Part shown: piece after piece, positions 53,338-59,185 of the stretch
Layout: every line of letters begins with the position of its first letter
Numbering within the stretch: the first letter of the stretch is position 1
Translations under genes and position numbers: made by a program
The notes under the pieces: model-generated
Told to the model about the DNA's origin: nothing
Databases searched by the model: none
The model's input: only the letters and a program-made list of their open reading frames with translations
Assembly (NCBI GenBank): GCA_013115125.1
Contig: JABANN010000158.1
Coordinates: 1-59,185 of the forward strand
Source: Perkinsus olseni
Lineage: Eukaryota
Reading direction: 5' to 3'
DNA length: 59,185 nucleotides

Positions 53338-53589
53338 GTTGTTGGTTCGGCGTTGATCTCTGATGCAAGGCGGAACGGAAGGACCGGTCCAGGACGGTCA
53401 AGCGAGGCTAGCGTTGGTTCTTGATGGGTCGAAGGTTGAGAAGTGTTTGACACTATTTGCTCGAGTAATCACTGGCCGAGATGTCTATCTTCCCTCAGAT
53501 TCAATTCCTCCGCTGGGTGCTCTCATTGCGCTTTCGTCATACTCAGCGTATTCTCAGTCCATCTCGGTTTTCATCGTTCGACTTCCACT

Positions 53590-54741
53590 GATGGTCTCCT
53601 CTCTTGTTCTCCTCGTCGCCGCTGTCCAGATCTCTCCCCGCGTTGTGGGAGATCTCAGGGTATGTGTTGTTACCTCCTTCGGGAACGTAGTAGTAGTGCC
53701 GTCTCATTTCTCAGGTGAAAGTACTAAGACATCATGAAAGTGACGCTCATTGTGGGGTATTCTCGGAGAACAACCAAAAAGCTCTCTTTCATTTGACCTA
53801 TACTGTCACCGGTTCGCCGCTTTTCGAGACGGCTTCACTGGTGTGCAACGACCCTCGTCACTTTGCTGCCAAGAGCATCAGCGATATGAAGAAAGCTGCC
53901 AAGTTCTCTAGGTAAGAGTTTGTTTCATTTTCGGAGGTTTCCAATGGGAGACTGACTTTGACGCTCTTAGGGGGGAAAGTGAGATGGCGGACGCTGTGCT
54001 GAACACCCTTGAAGCGCGAACTATCAAGAAATTGCCAAGCAATGCGAACAAGGGAAAGACCTGTAAACAGAGATTACTTGATTTCTACAAGTACAACGAA
54101 AACGCCATCAAAAAAACAACTACCGGCCTTTGCGGACCTATCGAGGACGCTGGTTGTATGTTCACCTATTACATGTGTGGAGAAGCTCTCACTATATACA
54201 ACAAGATGGAATCTGAACCGAAACCTCCTACGTTCAAGGTAACCAAGACATGCTCCGTAGGAATCATAGCAGAGTCTCCAGCGGCTCCCCTAGCTAATTC
54301 TAATCTTGCCATGCGCGGAGTCCGCTTGGATGAACCGCCCCCGTGAATGCTCAACTGTCTCAGGGCGCGCATGGGAACTGCGAGTTCCGTAACGGTGATG
54401 ACTCGGAATTCGTTCACCTCGTTTTCAGGCGAGACGTTCCCCGAACTTCCATTATCAAAATGCCCGAGGTGTGGAGTTCCGGATTCGTAGATGCCCTAAA
54501 TAAGTGCACTGATGGAACTACATGTTGCAAGATGGTCGTTCGAGAGGCACTTGGTGAAAGAATTTTCTGGGGTCCGTGGATCCCCCAGGAATTCTATAAC
54601 GACGCTAGAAACGACATTGATATTGCTGAGCGCGTCTGCGGCTCTGCAATTAAAGAAATGAGGGCAAAGCGAGCGGTTCCTCCTCCCCAGCTGTACGTTA
54701 CAAGACGGACACGAAATGGTGGTCTCGAAACGAAGATATGA
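53590..54741 (+). CDS. Putative secreted protein, family B copy 2 (4 exons; introns ~53660-53714, ~53912-53969, 54239-54363)
   Basis: Signal-like MVSSLVLLVAAVQISPRVVG. A phase-0 intron at 54239-54363 links ORF 53984 to ORF 54343 in frame. Confidence 0.6.
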
Positions 54742-55022
54742 GCGAAACTCGCTGCTGTGCTGTTGCCAACCGTCATTATCATGTTGCCTTTGGTGTGAGA
54801 GCCCATGTTGTTGTCGGTGAGTGCTGTATGGGATAGTTTTTGTTTGGTTTACATAACGGTTGAGAAAGGGTTGATACAGATCGAAGACAGTCGACTGAAA
54901 CCGATCGGGCATGTTCGTGTAGCATGAAAGATCTCGTAGGTCGTGAAAACCACGCGGTACCGTTCCTGAACAATGCCAGTTCTAAATAAGAGCCACAACC
55001 ACATTTCTACTATTTCCTACTA

Positions 55023-56669
55023 ATGGATGGTTTGCCGCCTCCGCCGCCGACGCGGAGTCAGTCAGCCGGATGTAGACGACCGGAGCCTGAGGATACTCGT
55101 CAGGTAAACCGCACACTCTGCCGGTTCATATCGACTCATCCGCAAGATCAGTTCGGCTCGCATTGGTCGTAGTCCTTCACCCGGCCTTCCATCGCGTACA
55201 GGCCCCTCTCTGGTGGTGGTGTCTCTCAGAAGGGCGACGGTTATGGCGAGTTCGAACTCGAGATCGTGTGCCCCACTGAAGTCCTCTGTCAACACTTGCT
55301 GAACCTGTTCGATAATGAGAAGTACGCCGACGTTGTATTGAAACCAACGGCCAACGATGGTGCGACGAAGCATCACAAAGACTCAGTTTTATTGGTAACC
55401 GTTGATTATACTCAGAGGAAGGAGAATACAGGCCGATACACGCCAATCGTGCCATTCTTGCACAGTGGTCTCCGGTGGGCCACGACTTGGGACTTGCCGT
55501 GCTTCACAACGGCTGTCTCAGGTTTTGGAACAAATGCTCTTCCCTTCTGACGAGTTGAATACGTTGTTGTTGGCTAATGATCGGCAAACCGAAGGCGGAC
55601 TGCCAGAGTTACCACTCCATTGTAGGAGGGGCCCTTTTGCTCGAGGGCAGAGTCTCGGCCTCCTCGTCAGGCGGATATCGTACGCTCTATCAAGCAGTGT
55701 CGTACATCTACGGTCATCCCCTTACCCTCGACGTCAAAGATCTGTGGCCTCTCTACTGTTTCCTCAGTACTTACCAGTTCAAGAAGGACTTCTTGGAAAC
55801 GATCCAGCGAGTCCTTGAAGAGTCCGTTGGGGAAAACGGAGTTGTTCTCGTCTGCTGATCAACGACACCAAAGTTCATGCTTGCTTTGAGCGGCTTTCAT
55901 TCCCCGAACTTAGTTTAAGCGATGCTCTCCACGCTTCAGATCGATATCAGTGGAAACCTGTTGTGAACTGCTCAACTCAGCTGTCCAGCAGGACGGCGGC
56001 GGGACGGGTGGTGATCATTACCCCCTCAGAAAGGTCGCATTTGAAACCTCTCTCGATACCACACTCAAGGATGTTACCCCTGGAAGGCTGATCGCCTCTG
56101 CTGATCTCAGGCTCGTCGACTCCTCCTCATGGAGTTCAACGATGTTTCCAAAACCACGGGATACTCTTCCCTCCACTGGAAGATCCTCAAGGACGTTGTG
56201 AGTGGCCGCTGCTAACCTGACCAGTTACAGCGGTCCTGATACTGGCAGCGCCCAACTGGCGCCGCCGAACTTCATTGATTCCTGTGATACTGAACTTCTC
56301 TACACGTTTCAGCTGGGAAGCGATGACCTAACCTGCGCTGAAGATGAGGTTTTCAACAACGCCATGAGATGGATCGAAGTAGACGACGCTCGGCTCGATG
56401 CTCACCTTGACGAAGTGCTTCAAGTGACGTTGTCTGTTTTCGCCCAGAGGGTGCTGCACTTTACTCCTTTCTCAGCTCATTCGGTTCCCGCTGATGGACT
56501 CAAAACTTGTCGCCACGCTAGACTCCCATCCAGTCGCCGGCAAAAGTCGAGAATTGCCCAGATTACAACTAGCCGCATTGAAGTGGGGATAGCTGAGACC
56601 TCCGAATCGGGTCAGGAGCTGAACAGATTCCATCGGCAGGTATCACTTCAATCCTGCGGGAGCTACTGA
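55023..56669 (+). CDS. BTB/POZ-BACK domain protein (multi-exon; 3' end uncertain)
   Basis: BTB motifs LLNLFDNEKYADVVL, IHANRAILAQWSP and SYIYGHPLTL. BACK motifs LGSDDLTCAEDEVFNNAMRWI, LDEVLQ and IRFPLM. Exon 1 (55023-55103) splices in frame to 55230. Confidence 0.8.
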
Positions 56670-58345
56670 ACTGAACTCCCGTCTCAGAAGGGGTGGGTAG
56701 CCATCCATTATTTCTTCTTCCTTTTTGAATAAGAATCGGACTTATTCGGCGCTATTTTTGCCGCGAGTCAATTAGTCACTGCGGCAGTCAGGTGCTGTGT
56801 ACTGGAGGCTCACTAAATCCAAGAGCTGCTCTAGTACGGACAACTCGGTCATGCAAACCTTCGTCCTAGCCGTGCCGGCTGACCTGATGGTAGGACTCCC
56901 TCCCGAATTGAAGCGACCTAGAACCTTCAAGAGCATTGTGTTAACGTGTAGATCGATCGAAGTTGGAGATTGGTCGTGGAAAAGTTCTCCGCCGACTCGT
57001 TGGTCGTAGCTGGCGTCCTCGCCGTGCGTGGGGAGCTCGCGCAAGAAGATTCTCCGGAAGTTCGCGGAGCCTACATAGGGAGGTGACCCTCTTCCTCTTC
57101 AGCGGTCGGGGAATTTTCGTGTAACAGATACTCCAACGGTTGGGGCCTTGCTTGCTTTGGCAATCTCTATAATGGCGGCTGCAAATGTTCGGCGGCCATG
57201 CAAGATCTCTGCACTCCCGTGTGCCAGACGCATTTGCCCTTCCTTCGATGCTCTGCTGGTACCGAGACGATCGATATGCAAATAACTAGTAAGGAGACAA
57301 CGATGCTGTCGAACGAGTGACTTCGGCAAGTTGAATTCGTTGTCTCTGTGTATAATTCTTTTATTTTTCCGCATGCTCGGAGCAGGGACTGTGCTCCTCT
57401 AGTGAGATCATTCACCAAATGACTTAGTCTTAGTGAGAGCTTCCTTCTCAGTCGCGTCGTCCTTGTTTCAGGGGACTATGACCTCGTTGCCCGCGTGGGG
57501 ACAAGGACGTTCACCAGGCGAATACAAATGGTAGCGGATTCCCGTTTGTTTCCAGCTGTCACTCTCTATAATGCGAAGGCGCGGATCATGAGCAGAGACG
57601 AGATCACTTCGGAATCGTGAGCCGCGCTAAGCGAATGATACCGGTGGCTGTAGCCATACAGTACCCTCCCTTCTTGAGGCCGTGAAGGAGGGATCGCTGC
57701 TCCAGACAGAAGGGAGTGTCGAGTGAACGGTGGACTACCGGGCAGTCGGCATGGCAACCCTTCAGTGGAGGGAACGAGGCGTTGTGCTCATCAGCGAGAT
57801 TGCCGACTCGGAGACGTCGCATGTTTGCCGCCGACAGGACACACGGTCGTGTTGCTAGTTCCATTATAGCGTATATATCATAATCAACCAGAATGTTGGA
57901 GTTTTTTCAAACCCTATGCTGGTACTGTCCCATTCCACATTTCCCGATGTAGATGACGCTGCTTCATGGTGTACATACAGCACCATAGAGGAAATCTTCT
58001 GGCTGTTATAGTCGAGTACGAGTGAGGATGCTTGTTCACCCCTAATTCTCATATTGGGCTAGATGCAGTGACTACATAGTAGTCATATAGGCCGCCGTAG
58101 CGGGGCATATTTGAGTGTCATTCACTAGCGACGGAAACATACGATCTCATATTGGGCGAGCGATGATACACGTCCACACGAGACTAGGTCTATCATGAGG
58201 GCTAGCGCAAAGGGAACGCTCGAGAGTGGAAAGAACGTGCGTTTCCGATCTCATACCGAGCATCTCTATGCAATTCAGCCATTCCTAGTTTACTGCAGGG
58301 TCGGTTTTACCTCAGTTCTCTTCCAATCTCGCTGACGCCTCAATA

Positions 58346-58969
58346 ATGCCTCCCACTTACTCCTTCGTTGGCCTATCGCGAGTCCTGATCATTCTTCTTC
58401 TGGCTGTAAACCCAGTAGTGCCCGACAAAGCAGTGGTAATCATAGAAGATTTCAAGGAAGAACAAGTTAATATACAAAATGCCTTTCGCCAATACCGTGA
58501 CGTCATCGAGAAGAGGGGATATTCGAAGGAAAAATTGAATAGGCTGTCACGATGCTTCGAAGGAAGGAATGTACCGAACGTGATAGAGAAATTGGACACT
58601 TGCGGCACACAGATTGTCAGCGGTGGCAGCAAGGATTGCCCAGCTTCTAACGAGGGCATTTGTGACTTCGTCGGGGCTATCAAACCTTTCTTTGGAGGAG
58701 GGAAAGCCTTATGTATCGTGGAAGGCTTGGCGCATACTAGCTCCTCGCCCCTGTTGGGCCAAGCTGGAGATGCTGTCGTAGAAGCGGCTGCCGCAAGTCC
58801 GAGTTTACCTGCAAATGTTTTACAATATCCCCCGAATGATAAAGAGTTCCCTAGACAGGAAACTTTCTTCAAAGCATTAAGGATCGAGGAGACTTGGAAG
58901 GCGGTGACGGAGTCGGGTCTTCGACGAGAAGATGTGGTGGTGGCCATCGTACAGTGTGTGCCATTTTGA
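58346..58969 (+). CDS. Subtilisin-like (S8) precursor N-terminus: signal peptide, prodomain and start of the mature domain; appears truncated
   Basis: Hydrophobic leader VLIILLLAV. The C-terminal PPNDKEFPRQ..F.AL.IEETW......RREDVVVAIV matches the S8 mature N-terminus (PNDP....QW......AW.....V.VAVID), but the catalytic Asp is absent. Confidence 0.5.
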   Translation: MPPTYSFVGLSRVLIILLLAVNPVVPDKAVVIIEDFKEEQVNIQNAFRQYRDVIEKRGYSKEKLNRLSRCFEGRNVPNVIEKLDTCGTQIVSGGSKDCPASNEGICDFVGAIKPFFGGGKALCIVEGLAHTSSSPLLGQAGDAVVEAAAASPSLPANVLQYPPNDKEFPRQETFFKALRIEETWKAVTESGLRREDVVVAIVQCVPF

Positions 58970-59185
58970 TATGCAAATCGCTAAAATTGAGATAACTCTG
59001 TTGGTACGAAGCTTTGACATGTCAAAGTTGGTCAGCTTATGAATTTTGACGAGAGGAATTCATAGATATATCGATCAACCGTTTCATCGACCGTTTCGTC
59101 GTTGTAGAGAGTGCGAAGTGAATTTCGCGCGCGCCAAGTGTACCATTTCGATATGCAACTGCGCCGTTATGGGGTGATATTACAC

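Noticed and set aside
56690-57660. GTAGCCAT words as remnants of the Perkinsus/dinoflagellate spliced leader
   Set aside because: The matches do not extend to the ...TGGCTCAAG end, so they are chance-level.
56772-58052. Short ORFs between the BTB gene and the subtilisin-like ORF
   Set aside because: No recognisable motifs or consistent splice structure.

Overview
This is eukaryotic protist DNA with short GT-AG introns. An alveolate-type PKA and lineage-specific secreted families point to a Perkinsus-like alveolate (inference, not verified). From left to right: (1) 1-10.5 kb, a tandem array of three paralogous secreted genes built from an unnamed ~37-aa six-Cys module and Thr/Pro mucin repeats; the first copy has lost its C-terminal modules. 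(2) 11.4-13.9 kb, two PB1-domain paralogues, one frameshifted, separated by a 409-bp hAT-type MITE with a perfect 8-bp TSD. (3) 14.7-16.2 kb, a cAMP-dependent protein kinase catalytic subunit. (4) 16.6-46.85 kb, one ~30-kb minus-strand gene for a giant secreted protein (roughly 8,000-9,000 aa, hand estimate) with dozens of FN3 domains, filamin-type repeats carrying three inserted PA14 domains, and ~15 unrecognised ~125-aa repeats inserted inside a single FN3 domain. (5) 47.8-54.7 kb, a duplicated two-gene cassette of secreted proteins flanking transposon-like debris. (6) A BTB-BACK gene. (7) A subtilisin-like ORF that stops just before the catalytic Asp. Exon boundaries were inferred by hand and no database searches were run.
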